Assembly: GCA_963666215.2 (NCBI GenBank)
Contig: CAXWPL010000004.1
Location: 512,001-576,000, forward strand
Direction of reading: 5' to 3'
DNA: 64,000 bases
Source: Acidobacteriota bacterium
GTDB taxonomy: Bacteria > Acidobacteriota > UBA890 > WLXD01
The position numbers and the translations under genes are program-made. Numbering within the stretch: position 1 is the stretch's first letter; every line of letters begins with the position of its first letter. Positions 33,797 through 44,206 of the stretch are shown here, one piece after another. The notes under the pieces are model-generated. The model did no database searches, was not told the origin of the DNA, and worked only from the letters and a program-made list of their open reading frames with translations.

Positions 33797-33824
33797 GGGT
33801 GAGGCTCCTCTGTCGATCAATCTC

Positions 33825-33843
33825 ATATTACATAACGTGACAT
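33825..33843. promoter_or_regulatory. Putative PadR operator (imperfect palindrome)
   Basis: ATATTAC-ATAAC-GTGACAT in an AT-rich patch upstream of padR. Confidence 0.5.
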
Positions 33844-33926
33844 TAGGTCATACGAGGTTATCGTCTATCTACGGAGCCGAACAAGGGCGAGTTTCACCCT
33901 CTTTTCGATTGCCGCTGAGCGGCCCC

Positions 33927-34532
33927 ATCATTCAGCTCTACGCTCGTGCCGGCACCGTCTACACGCCAACGCTCATCGTCGCCTACGGCGGGCCCGACTA
34001 CGAGAAGTGGTTTCACACCAACGAATCACTGCACAACGACGCCAAGCTGCGCCGCTTCACACCGCACGTCGACGTCGACGCGATCAGCCGCCGACAGCCG
34101 TGGAACCACGACGACGAGTACATCGTCGATCGTCACGCCGCGGTAGCGGCGCGCATCGTTGCCGCCGGCGGCAAGGTTGGCGTGGGTGGGCACGGACAAC
34201 GCCAGGGACTCGGCACCCACTGGGAAGTCTGGTCGATGGCGAGCGGCGGCATGCCGCCGCACGACGTTCTGCGCACCGCGACTCTCTTCGGAGCCCAGGC
34301 AATCGGCCTCGGCAACGAGCTCGGCTCACTCGAGCCTGGCAAGCTGGCCGACATCCTCGTGCTCGACGCCGACCCGCTCGAGAACATCCGCAACACGGCG
34401 GCACTGCGCTACGTGATCAAGGACGGCCAGCTGTTCGAGGCCGAGACCCTCGACCAGGTGTGGCCCGAGCAACGTCCGCTGCCAACGCAGTACTGGCAAA
34501 CTTTCGACCCCGATCGTCGCGCCGGCTCCTGA
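33927..34532 (+). pseudogene. C-terminal fragment of an amidohydrolase
   Basis: YTPTLIVAYGGP, GHGQRQGLGTHWE, LGSLEPGKLADILVLDADPLENIRNT; N-terminal metal-binding part absent. Confidence 0.8.
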
Positions 34533-34627
34533 GCTGGCCCACGAGCTTCCGGCGCGCTTCGGTGGACAGCGCCAGGACGAGTTGGCACAGTTTCAGTCGT
34601 CCTTCCAAAAAATCCAGGAGAGAGCCG

Positions 34628-35422
34628 ATGACGGCCAATCTTTCACTTGCAGCGAAACCCATCAATCTCGACACCGACGTCCTGCGCGAGGCCATCAAGG
34701 GCGAGTACAAGGTTGTTGCCGAAGACCCTGGCAAGGGGTTTCACTTCCATACCGGCCGCCGGCTGACCGGGATCGTCGGCTATCGAGACGAATGGTTCGA
34801 TGGTGTGGCGGAGTCGGCCATCGAGTCGTTCGCGGGCACCGGCAACCCCTTTGCCATGGGCGAGCTGGTTGCCGGCGAGAAGGTTGTTGATATCGGCTCG
34901 GGCGGCGGCATCGATTCACTCGTCGCGGCTCGCATGGTCGGCCCCGACGGCGAGGTCGTTGGCATCGACATGACGCCGGCGATGCTCGAGAAGGCCCGCG
35001 CCGCGGCGGCCGAGTCGGGAGTCCGTAACGTCGAGTTCCGCGAAGCCTTCATGGAGGAGATCCCTGTCGCCGACGGATGGGCGGACGTGGTGATCTCGAA
35101 CGGCGTGCTCAACCTGACCCCCGACAAGCCGAAGGTCATGGGCGAGATGTTTCGAGTGCTGCGCCCCGGAGGGCGGCTGCAGCTCGCCGACATCCTGGTG
35201 ACCCGGGAGGTCTCGAACGAGGCGAAACAAAAGATCGACCTGCGGACCGGTTGAATCGCCGGCGCTCTGCTGGAAGCAGAGCTCGAGGCGACGGTCGTCG
35301 CAGCCGGTTTCACCGATTTCGAAATCACCTGGAGGGCCGAGGTCTTTGACGGCGCCCCGCAGGCGTCGAGCGCCAGCAAGTTCGGCACGGTCGGCATCAA
35401 CTTCCGCGCCAACAAGCCGTGA
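34628..35422 (+). CDS. ArsM-like SAM-dependent methyltransferase, probable selenoprotein (in-frame TGA 35252-35254 read as Sec)
   Basis: SFAGTGNP, VDIGSGGGID, GIDMT, DVVISNGV; G-U-IAGAL aligns with ArsM GCIAGAL; frame continues 55 codons; SECIS-like hairpin follows. Confidence 0.8.
35257..35290 (+). promoter_or_regulatory. Putative bacterial SECIS element
   Basis: GCTCTGCT-GGA-AGCAGAGC perfect 8-bp stem; loop starts with G 17 nt after the UGA; lower CGCC/GGCG pairing. Confidence 0.75.
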
Positions 35423-35460
35423 CCTGGCCTCGGTGAGGAGCGATCGGACGACACCAGGGC

Positions 35461-35520
35461 GAGCCTGTCGGTCCTAGGGCAGCCTGTCGAGTCGATCCTA
35501 GCGGAGTCTGTCGGTGCTAG
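35461..35520. repeat. Three degenerate AGYCTGTCG...CTAG repeats between convergent genes
   Basis: agcctgtcggtcctag / agcctgtcgagtcgatcctag / agtctgtcggtgctag. Confidence 0.6.
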
Positions 35521-36245
35521 CGGAGCGAGGGGTCCGCCCGCAGATAGAGCGCCTCTGCGCGCACCTCGACATGGTTGAGCGACAGGAGCAACAGGTCGAT
35601 CAACAACGCCTTGCGAAGCTCATCGTCGAACCCGAACATGCGGCCCAGCCATGAGGGCAGCGGCAGGCTGCCGATACGGATGACGACGTCCGACCCGATG
35701 TCGAGATCGCCGTCGCGCACCGCGGGTGCGGAGTCGAGGGCAATCCAGATCGGTCGTCCGATGAGGAACGAGGCGTAGCGCCGGAGCCTGGTGATGAGCT
35801 GGCGCGTGTCGGCGCTGAGCTCATCAAGCGGCACCTCGCGCAGATCGATAACCGTGCCGGCCCGAAGCCGGTCACCGGCGAACGTCACACGGATCGGCTC
35901 CGCGTGGCGCAACAGCACGCGCCCATCAGGGTCGGCACTGGTGGCCGCGGTGATGACGTCGGCAACCTCCTCAGCGGTGGCCTCGACTTCGCCATTTTCC
36001 ACCACCTCCTGGAACAGCCTGTAGGTGGTATCGGCGGCGCCTGAGTCGATGCCGAAGAGCCCGGCGATCGCTCCGACGAGGGACTCGCCCTCCGAGTCCG
36101 CAGACTTGGCGTCGTCAGCTGCGACGGCGGCCGGGGGAATGCGCCCGGCGAGCAGATAGCTGGCGCTCAGTACGAACAACAGCGCCGCGATCAGCACGAC
36201 GGTGGCACCCACGATCTTCTTGCTCAAGGCCTGTCCCGGTGGCAC
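35517..36245 (-). CDS. Hypothetical membrane-anchored protein
   Basis: 242-aa ORF with one N-terminal hydrophobic helix and host-like codon usage. Confidence 0.6.
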   Translation of the reverse strand: MPPGQALSKKIVGATVVLIAALLFVLSASYLLAGRIPPAAVAADDAKSADSEGESLVGAIAGLFGIDSGAADTTYRLFQEVVENGEVEATAEEVADVITAATSADPDGRVLLRHAEPIRVTFAGDRLRAGTVIDLREVPLDELSADTRQLITRLRRYASFLIGRPIWIALDSAPAVRDGDLDIGSDVVIRIGSLPLPSWLGRMFGFDDELRKALLIDLLLLSLNHVEVRAEALYLRADPSLR

Positions 36246-36344
36246 TGACTAGAGTCCCGGGATGGTAGGCCGCCGCCTGAACACGCTCAACCGGTTTTGC
36301 GCCCGACATCCCGGCCGAGCGCCGATGATGCCGTCCTGGACGTC

Positions 36345-37430
36345 TCACTCGTTGCGTAGCGTGGTGATCGGATCGATGCGTGTGGCTCGTCGCGCCGGTA
36401 GGTAGGCAGCGGTGGTCCCGGCAATCGCGAGCGCGGCGGCGACTCCGATAAAGACCAGGGCGTCTCGAGGCTGAACCCCCACCAGCTTGCTTTCGAGCAG
36501 TCCGCCGACGAACCACGCGAACACCATCCCGAGCAGCAAGCCGAAGGCGAGCTGCAGCAGGCCTTGGCGGACCACCATGCCACGCACGTCGGCAATCTTG
36601 GCCCCGAGTGCCATACGCACAGCCACCTCGCGACCGCGACGATTAACCGCAAACGACATCACCCCGTACAGGCCCGTGCCGGCGAGAAAGAGCGCACCGG
36701 CACCCATGATCGCGAACAGCGTGCTCAGAACGTCGGCCACCCAAGCCTCCTCCTCGATCACGCCGCGCATCGTCTTGGCCCAGTAGATGGGAACATCTCG
36801 ATCCACCGAGGCGACCGCCGCCCGGATCGCCGGCACGAGCGTCAGCGAGTCGCCGGTGGTCCTGACCGCCAGGCTCAAGAAGCTGAGATCCCATTGCGAC
36901 ACCGGCACGTAGAGCCCGTACGGCATGTCGTTCTCGAGTCCATCCATATACAGATCCGGCACGACACCGACGATCGTGCGCCAGGCATGCGTGGACTCGG
37001 TCGAATCGGCAGCTTCCGACCCGCCGAACCGGACGCGACGCCCGATAGCAAGCGCTCCCATGTCAGCTGGGGAGTCGCCTGCGTCGGGGCTCTTCAGAAA
37101 GAATTGCTCGACGAAGCTGGTATTCACCACCACAACCGGCTCGCTCTCGTTGACGTCGAGCGCACCGAACAGTCGGCCTGACAACAGGCTCGTCTCGAAC
37201 GTATCGAAGTAGCCGGGGCTGATGAACTGCAGATTGGTGATCGGGTACTCGCTGTCGGCGGTGTACGCCTCACCGTCAAGCGCGAAGCGGGTGCCCCACA
37301 CGTATCCCGTGGTTGGCAGCCCCGAGGTCAGCGAGGCCGCCGTCGCGCCGGGCAGCGCCTCGAGTGCTGTCAGCGTTTCCTCGAAGAAGCGTCGGCGGCT
37401 CTCGGCATCGGGGTAGTCGGCTTCCATCAC
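36345..37430 (-). pseudogene. C-terminal half of an ADOP permease (5'-truncated)
   Basis: Starts inside the second periplasmic domain; GLYGVMSFAVNRRGREVAVRMALGA, PARRATRIDP. Confidence 0.8.
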
Positions 37431-37463
37431 GCCGAATCTCGCAGTCGAGCGCCGGCGTGGCGG

Positions 37464-38486
37464 ATGGTTTCGGATGAGGGTCCGTACCTCAACGGCACCG
37501 ACCTGGCGCTTTTTCCACTTGCCTTCTTCACCGCCGGCATGCAGTTCAGCTTGCTGTCGGAGCTGCTGACCGCGGCACGCGCCGCGGACGTCCGACTGCG
37601 ATCGGTGACGATCGACTGCGACAACCGTTATTCAATGGAAGGATCCTTCCTCCGCGGCGACGCGATTGGCGGGGCGATGCCGGCCGACATCGCGGTGCGA
37701 CTCGACGGTGATCTCGATGCCACCCAAGGCCAACGGCTGATCGCCACGGCCGAGCGCGGCTGTCCGGCACAGGGTCTGATACGAGCGGCGTTGAGTAACC
37801 GATTCGCCTTGCGGCTCGACGGTCGGCCGATCGAGCTCGCCGAATTTTCAGCCTGCGATCCAGTAACACCAACGCTCTTCGAGGAAGTCTTCGCCGTGGC
37901 GGCTCCACAACCCGGAGATCCCGCCATCATCAAGAAGCTGCGCGCCGCCGAGGCCATCGCAGGCGTCGAGGGAGGCGCCGGAAGCAGCCTTCAGGCCGTA
38001 CAGAAACGGACCCTGCACGTACGCGGCCGCGCGCACTGGCTTGGCGGCTTTCGAGCCGAGACGAAGATTCAGCTCCTGCACCCGATCGGCAGCACCTTCC
38101 GTTTCGTCAGCGACGAATCCGCCGAGCGCGGCGGTGACGAAACGGCGCCGCCGCCGCTCGCGTATCTCAACGCTGGCGTCGGCTTCTGCTATATGACCCA
38201 GCTCGGACGCCTCGCTCACATCCGCAGGCAACCGCTGGAGAGCTACGCCATCGGGCAGGACAGCGGCTTCGCTCGGGCGGCCGACACCGATGCGTCGTCA
38301 CGGGTTGCCGTAGGTCCGTTCAACACCACCGTCGATCTCAGAAACCCTGCCGTCGAGATGCCGCAGCAAGGCCTCGACGAGCCGCACGCCGCCGACCTCG
38401 TGCGTATGGGCCAGCGCACCTGCTTCCTCCACGCAGCCATGCGCGGCTCCTATCCCAGCAAGCTCGAGCTGACCGACCGCAACTGA
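37464..38486 (+). CDS. Two-domain OsmC-like protein, probably 5'-truncated
   Basis: Two SDE...P(L/P)A repeats; GFCYMTQ and RTCFLHA cysteine pair; back to back with the ADOP fragment with only ~33 bp between. Confidence 0.65.
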   Translation: MVSDEGPYLNGTDLALFPLAFFTAGMQFSLLSELLTAARAADVRLRSVTIDCDNRYSMEGSFLRGDAIGGAMPADIAVRLDGDLDATQGQRLIATAERGCPAQGLIRAALSNRFALRLDGRPIELAEFSACDPVTPTLFEEVFAVAAPQPGDPAIIKKLRAAEAIAGVEGGAGSSLQAVQKRTLHVRGRAHWLGGFRAETKIQLLHPIGSTFRFVSDESAERGGDETAPPPLAYLNAGVGFCYMTQLGRLAHIRRQPLESYAIGQDSGFARAADTDASSRVAVGPFNTTVDLRNPAVEMPQQGLDEPHAADLVRMGQRTCFLHAAMRGSYPSKLELTDRN

Positions 38487-38775
38487 GGGTTTCCGGACAC
38501 GAGCCTCGGGTCTCCTGACGGCGGTTCCGCTGCAGTAGTCTCCGGCCTGCCGATATCTTGTACGCAACGGCGGAGAGCCGAGGGGCACACATGCCTCGGG
38601 TCCGGGCACGCCTTGCGTCTGCGTTCGTCTTGCGCCCTCGGAAGCTCTCCTTCAGGCTTGACGATCCGTGCTCGAATCTACCTGATCCTCGAACGCCGAG
38701 ACAGAACGTGATGCGCTCGCGTTCGCTGGCACGGGATGCCTTTCTGCTGCCCACGCTCGACCTCGTCGGAGGCTA

Positions 38776-40041
38776 GTGATTATCGATCGTCTCGTCACCT
38801 ACTTCGCGCTCGCGCTCACGATCAGCCTGTCGGTGACGCGACCGCGGATTCTGAATGGGCACCGGCTGGATCCGGCGATCGCCGCGACGTGCAGTGTGGT
38901 TCTGCTGCTGCTGGCCGGTGTGGTGCGCCCCGCCGACGTGATCAGCACGGCGCTGGAGCTCTGGCGCCCCATGGTGACGATCGTCTCGATCATGGTGAGC
39001 GCCGCGGTTGCCCATCGTCTCGGGGTCTTGAGGCAACTCGGAGCGATGCTCTTCGCCGATCCTTCCGCCCCAGCCGGGCGGGTGTTTCTCCGTGTCTTTG
39101 TGCTGACCGCGGTCACGTCGACTGTGCTCAACAATGACGCGGCGGTGCTGCTGCTCACGCCGCTCGTGCTGTCGCTGGTCAAGGAGCGGTTTCCCGGCGA
39201 GGACAGGCTGGCCACCGCGTTCGCCTTCGCCGTGTTCACCGCCGTCGGCGTCGCGCCCTTCGTGATCTCGAACCCGATGAACATGATCGTGGCCGCCTAC
39301 GCCAACCTCGATTTCAACCACTACGCGGCGTGGATGCTGCCCATCACGGTGATCGGCTGGTTGATCGCGTTCCCGATCTTGCGGCGCCTCTTCGCGCGTG
39401 ATCTGAATCGCGCCCCGGCGGCAGCGGCCATGGTCAACACGGGCAAGATCGATGTGACGCAGAAGATCATGCTCGGCCTGCTCGTGGGGGCGATTGGGGC
39501 CTATCCGTTGATTGCGATCGTCGACAGCTCGCTGATCTGGGTCGTTGCGGCAATCGGCGCCATCGCCGCGTTGCTCTTGGCCTGGTCACGAGCCGGACAC
39601 AACCCTGTGACTCTGCTCAGGCAAGGAGTCGCCTGGAACGTGCTGATTTTTCTGGGCGCGGTGTTCGTACTGGCGATCGGCCTGCGCAACGTCGGCGTCG
39701 TCGATGCGCTGGCGCGCGTTTACGCCGACGGCAACGTTCTTCGTATCGGTACCACGGCTGCCCTCGGCTCGGCGGTGCTCAACAACCATCCAATGGCCAT
39801 CATCAACATGATGGCTCTCGAGACGACCTCGACCAGCGGCCTGCGGCAGATTCTGGCGGCGCTCATTGGCGGTGATCTGGGCCCGCGGCTGCTGCCCATC
39901 GGCTCACTCGCGGGCCTGCTCTGGATGGAAGCGTGCCGGCGCGAGGGCGTCGAGATTCGCGTGGTGCAGTTCATCAAGGTCGGCGTCGCGGTTACCGTGC
40001 CCACACTGCTGGCGTCGCTGCTCATCCTGCAGCTTCGCTGA
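38776..40041 (+). CDS. ArsB/NhaD-family (ion transporter superfamily) permease
   Basis: LNNDAAVLLLTP, ISNPMN, LNNHP, LGPRLLPIGSLAGLLW; many TM helices. Confidence 0.85.
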   Translation: MIIDRLVTYFALALTISLSVTRPRILNGHRLDPAIAATCSVVLLLLAGVVRPADVISTALELWRPMVTIVSIMVSAAVAHRLGVLRQLGAMLFADPSAPAGRVFLRVFVLTAVTSTVLNNDAAVLLLTPLVLSLVKERFPGEDRLATAFAFAVFTAVGVAPFVISNPMNMIVAAYANLDFNHYAAWMLPITVIGWLIAFPILRRLFARDLNRAPAAAAMVNTGKIDVTQKIMLGLLVGAIGAYPLIAIVDSSLIWVVAAIGAIAALLLAWSRAGHNPVTLLRQGVAWNVLIFLGAVFVLAIGLRNVGVVDALARVYADGNVLRIGTTAALGSAVLNNHPMAIINMMALETTSTSGLRQILAALIGGDLGPRLLPIGSLAGLLWMEACRREGVEIRVVQFIKVGVAVTVPTLLASLLILQLR

Positions 40042-40070
40042 CCCCCCCCCCCCCCCCCCCCCGGGGGGGG
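40042..40070. repeat. C21-G8 homopolymer run right after the permease stop codon
   Basis: Read directly; could fold as a GC hairpin. Confidence 0.8.
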
Positions 40071-40151
40071 CGTCGGACCGCCGAAGCCGCGGTGGCCAGC
40101 GGCGACGAAGGTCGCGGCTGGGTTTCAGGCTGGCGTGGCTCAGCGCGTGCG

Positions 40152-41015
40152 CTAGCTCTGGGATGCGAGCCAGCGATACATGCCGCGGACGTTCAGCGGG
40201 AAGTACTCTTCGTAACGGCCCCAGCTCTCGTACTGCGGCAGGCGCACCGTCGCGGCGGCCTCGTCCTCCGATTTGCCCTCGGCCAGGGCCTGTCCCACGG
40301 CGTCGCGAAGGGCATCGTAGTAGACGATCTGATCGTCGATCGACTGACGGTTCCCCGGCCTGTCGTGCGCGAACAGCATGGTCTCGTAGTCGAGCTCCTG
40401 CACCGCTGCCAACGTATCGAAGAAGTCCGGGAACTCGTGCGCATAGAGGTCGCGGTACGGGGTCGTGCCGTTGGTGACGAAATCAACCGCGAAGGCGATC
40501 TTGTCCTGCCGTAGGAGTGCCACGAGCATGTTGTCGGTGTGGCTCTTGCCCAGGTAGTGCAGGTCCAGAGTCCGGCCGCCGAAGTGCAGGGTCATCCTGT
40601 CGGTGAACGTGATCCCAGGGGGCGGCAGGTTCGGGTCGCCTGCCTCGAGGATCGGTGCGACGGCGTTGGCGTGCGCGATGATCGGTGCGTCCCCGAGCGC
40701 CGCTGTCAGGACGGCGGCACCCGTGGCGTGATCATCGTGGCTGTGGCTGTAGACGATGGCGAGCAGCGGCGACCCTGGAGCCAGTCGCTGGATCTCCTCG
40801 GCGTAGACTGCCGCAGCCTCGACCGACAACGGATCAAAGGCCACGACGCCCTCCGAGGTCACGAAGAAGAAGTTGTAGTGCCCCTCGTAGCGAAACTGAT
40901 AGACACCGTCAACGATGGTGATGGTCTCCCAATCGGCCTGCGACCCCGCACACGCCAGGCCCGATGCCGAGATCATGGCCAGCGCTACTGCTCCAATGCT
41001 GTGCATCCGTCGCAT
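40152..41015 (-). CDS. MBL-fold metallo-hydrolase lipoprotein
   Basis: Lipobox GLAC; YSHSHDDH; GKSHTDN; RBS AAGGAG. Confidence 0.85.
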   Translation of the reverse strand: MRRMHSIGAVALAMISASGLACAGSQADWETITIVDGVYQFRYEGHYNFFFVTSEGVVAFDPLSVEAAAVYAEEIQRLAPGSPLLAIVYSHSHDDHATGAAVLTAALGDAPIIAHANAVAPILEAGDPNLPPPGITFTDRMTLHFGGRTLDLHYLGKSHTDNMLVALLRQDKIAFAVDFVTNGTTPYRDLYAHEFPDFFDTLAAVQELDYETMLFAHDRPGNRQSIDDQIVYYDALRDAVGQALAEGKSEDEAAATVRLPQYESWGRYEEYFPLNVRGMYRWLASQS

Positions 41016-41257
41016 ATCGATCTCCTTCGGTGAGCTGAGCTTCCCGGGTGACCGTGGTGCGGCCACATGTTGCTGTCTGCGGCTTCCCCAACGGCAGAAC
41101 TGTACCCAGGACTCCGAATCCGGACAACAGTTGGCCTGGCCAGCGAACCGCAAGCCTCGACTCGAGGGATGGAACTCGGGTGTCGCTCGGCGAGCCACCG
41201 TGATCAAGTCGGGCCGTCCAACAGCGCTCTTGTGGATGGCTCGTTGCTTCGACTAGG

Positions 41258-44003
41258 GTGGCGACGTTCCCGCGCGGAAGGGAGGGGGCTGCAGAATTGC
41301 ACGAAGAGCCAACGCTTCGACCAGGGAAGTTAGGCCCGGGCACCCGGATCGGCAGCTACGAGATCGTCTCGGCTCTCGGGGCCGGCGGCATGGGCGAGGT
41401 ATGGCGAGCCCGCGATACCGAGCTCCAGCGCGACGTCGCGATCAAGGTGGTTCCTCACGAGCTGGCCGACGACGAAGCCGTTCTGCGCCGCTTCCGGCGC
41501 GAGGCGCGCATGTTGGCGGCGGTCAACCATCCCCATATCGCGACGATACACGCCGTCGAGGAGGCCGACGCCGTGCGCTTCATCGTCATGGAGCTGCTCG
41601 AGGGAGAGACGCTCCAGGCTCGACTCGAGCGCGGCGCGCTGCCGATGGACGAAGCGCTCGAGATCGCCAGGCAGACGGCCGAGGCACTCGAGGCGGCACA
41701 CGACCGCGGACTCGTACACCGCGATCTCAAGCCGGCGAACGTGTTCCTCACCACCGGTAGTCGGGTGAAGGTGCTCGATTTCGGCATCGCGAAGGACGTC
41801 GCAGCGAAGCGTGGCAAGGACGAGGTGACCAGAGCTTCCACCAGCCTGACGATGAGCGGCACGTTGCTCGGCACCGCTCCGTACATGAGCCCCGAGCAGA
41901 CACGCGGCATGTCGATCGACGTGCGCACCGACATCTGGGCCTTCGGGTGCGTCCTGTACGAGATGCTGACCGGCCGCAGGGCGTTCGCTGGCAGGCACGT
42001 ATCGGAAACGATGGCGGCCATCCTCAAAGAGGAACCCGACTGGAGCTTGTTGCCGCCGGAAACCCCCGCGCTCGTCACGTCGCTCCTTCGTCGATGTCTT
42101 CGCAAGGACCCCGATCGGCGCCTGCATCACATCGCGGACGCGCGTATCGAGATCGACGAAGCGACAGCACCCGACCCCCGGGAACCGGACGTTCTGGCAG
42201 CCGCGGCCAGCGAAGATCGCGCCGCTCCACTCTGGAGGAATGTGGCTCTTGCGCTGGGTGCGGTTGTGCTCGTTCTTGGCGGCTACCTGCTGGGCAGAAC
42301 CCGGACGCCGGCGGCCCCGGAGGTCTGGAACACGCGACAGATAACCCGTGGTCCGGCGATTGAAAGTCAGGCGAGCCTCGACCCGGCCGGCCAGTTCATC
42401 GTCTATACGAGCAACGAGCACGGCAACCTCGACATCTACTGGCAGCTCGTCGAGGGGGAGAACGTACAAAACCTGACCGACGATTCGGAAGCCGACGACC
42501 TCCAGCCAGCGATCTCGCCTGATGGATCAACCATTGCCTTCCGTTCGGAGCGCAGCGGAGGCGGCCTCTAGCGGAGGCGGCCTCTATCTGATGGGCGCGT
42601 TTGGCGAGAACCCGCACCGGCTGACACCTCGAGGCTACGATCCGGCTTGGACGCCCGACGGCGAATGGGTCGTTTTTGCCGACCGCGGGATCTTTCACCC
42701 CGGAAACCTGACGCTCAGCGGCCTCGCGATGGTCGAGGTCGACGACCCGACCCACATCGTGGAGATTCACGACAGCGGCTACCTACCCGTCGTCTCGCCC
42801 AACGGGCACCGGATCGCCTACTTCGACAGCACCGAGGGCGGTCAGCGAGACATCTACACGATACCGACGCGTGGGGGCGAGCCGGTGAAGGTGACCGACG
42901 ACGTCGCGCTCGACTGGGCGCCAGCGTGGGCACCCGATGGGCGGCGACTCTACTACTCGAGCGACCGGGGCGGAGTGGAGAACATCTGGTATGTCGAGAT
43001 CGACGAACGCTCCGGCGAGCCACGGGGCGAGCCGCAGCGGGCCGGGGCCAGCGAGGTCGACCAGGGGTGGCCATCGCTCTCTCGAAACGGTCAGTTGATC
43101 GCCTACACGTCGCGCCGACAGCAGATGAACCTGCATCGTGTGGCCTTCGACCCGCAGTCGCGCACCGTAGTCGGTGAGCCGCAGGCGATCACGCGCGGCG
43201 CAAATACGGTGATTCGATTCGACCTTTCTCCCGACGGCGAGTGGTTGGTGTACGGCAACCGCACCGGCCAACTCGACATTTTCCTCGTACGCGCCGACGG
43301 AAGCGGCGAGATCCAGCGACTGACCGATGACGAGCATCGCGACACGGGTCCCAGGTTCTCGCCGGACGGGCGCCAGATCGCTCTGGACTCCGACCGCGGA
43401 GGCTCGGCCGAGCTCTGGCTCATGGATGTCGAGTCTCGAAACCTGACCCAGCTCACCGCAGCCGGCGGCAGGTTTGTCCAGGACCCGGTGTTCTCGCCCG
43501 ACGGCTCCAAGCTGATGTACCGCGTTGGCGAGGGCGACGCCTACAACAACTACCTGATGTCACTGGATCAGGCATGGGACGCCCAGACGCCCGTGAAGCT
43601 CCCGACTCCGGAAAACGATTCCTTCCAACCGAGCTACTGGTCGCCGAACGGTTCGTGGGTAGTCGGGTGGACCTACGCTTTCTTGGATCCTCGCCTTTTG
43701 CTGTTCGACGTGGAGCGGCAAACCTACGAAGATCTCAGCGACTTTCGTGGCCATGCCCATCCCGCCTGGCTGGGCGACGATTACCTCGTCTTCGTCTCCA
43801 CAGCGGAGACCCGCGGCGTGACGACACGACGAGACGAGATGCTCGTGATGGATCGGCGCACCGGCACCACCGAGCGGCTTCTTGGTGATGGCGTGGACTG
43901 GACCTTCGAAGAGCAGATGGTCGCGTCTCCTGATGGTCGGTGGCTTTACTACATCCGTGCAGCCCTGGACTCGGATATCTGGCTGTTGACCCGGGCACAC
44001 TGA
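41258..44003 (+). pseudogene. Hanks-type Ser/Thr kinase-TM-TolB/PD40 propeller protein, split by a 16-bp duplication
   Basis: LGAGGMGEV, VAIK, HRDLKPAN, DFG, YMSPE; SPDG repeats; AGCGGAGGCGGCCTCT at 42554-42569 and 42570-42585 creates TAG. Confidence 0.88.
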
Positions 44004-44117
44004 GGCTGCACGTCGGCGTACCGCCTGGATGGCGGAACCACGACCGGCAACGTCGTACCGACGGCCCCTCTCTTGCTCGCCCAGTACGGCCTCTTCGTGC
44101 CTCACGGATTTCAAAGG

Positions 44118-44191
44118 CGCGCCCGGCAGGATTCGAACCTGCGACCTGCGGATTAGAAGTCCGCTACTCTATCCAGCTGAGCTACGGGCGC
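44118..44191 (-). tRNA. tRNA-Arg (anticodon TCT)
   Basis: GCGCCCG/CGGGCGC acceptor stem, GCTC D-stem, GCGGA-CTTCTAA-TCCGC anticodon arm, GGTTCGAATCC; followed by CCT, not CCA. Confidence 0.95.
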
Positions 44192-44206
44192 GTGAAGCGT
44201 AACTAC

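Noticed and set aside
34628-40041. Arsenic resistance operon (ArsM-like plus ArsB-like)
   Set aside because: The genes are separated by unrelated opposite-strand genes, no arsR or arsC is present, and substrates cannot be assigned from motifs.
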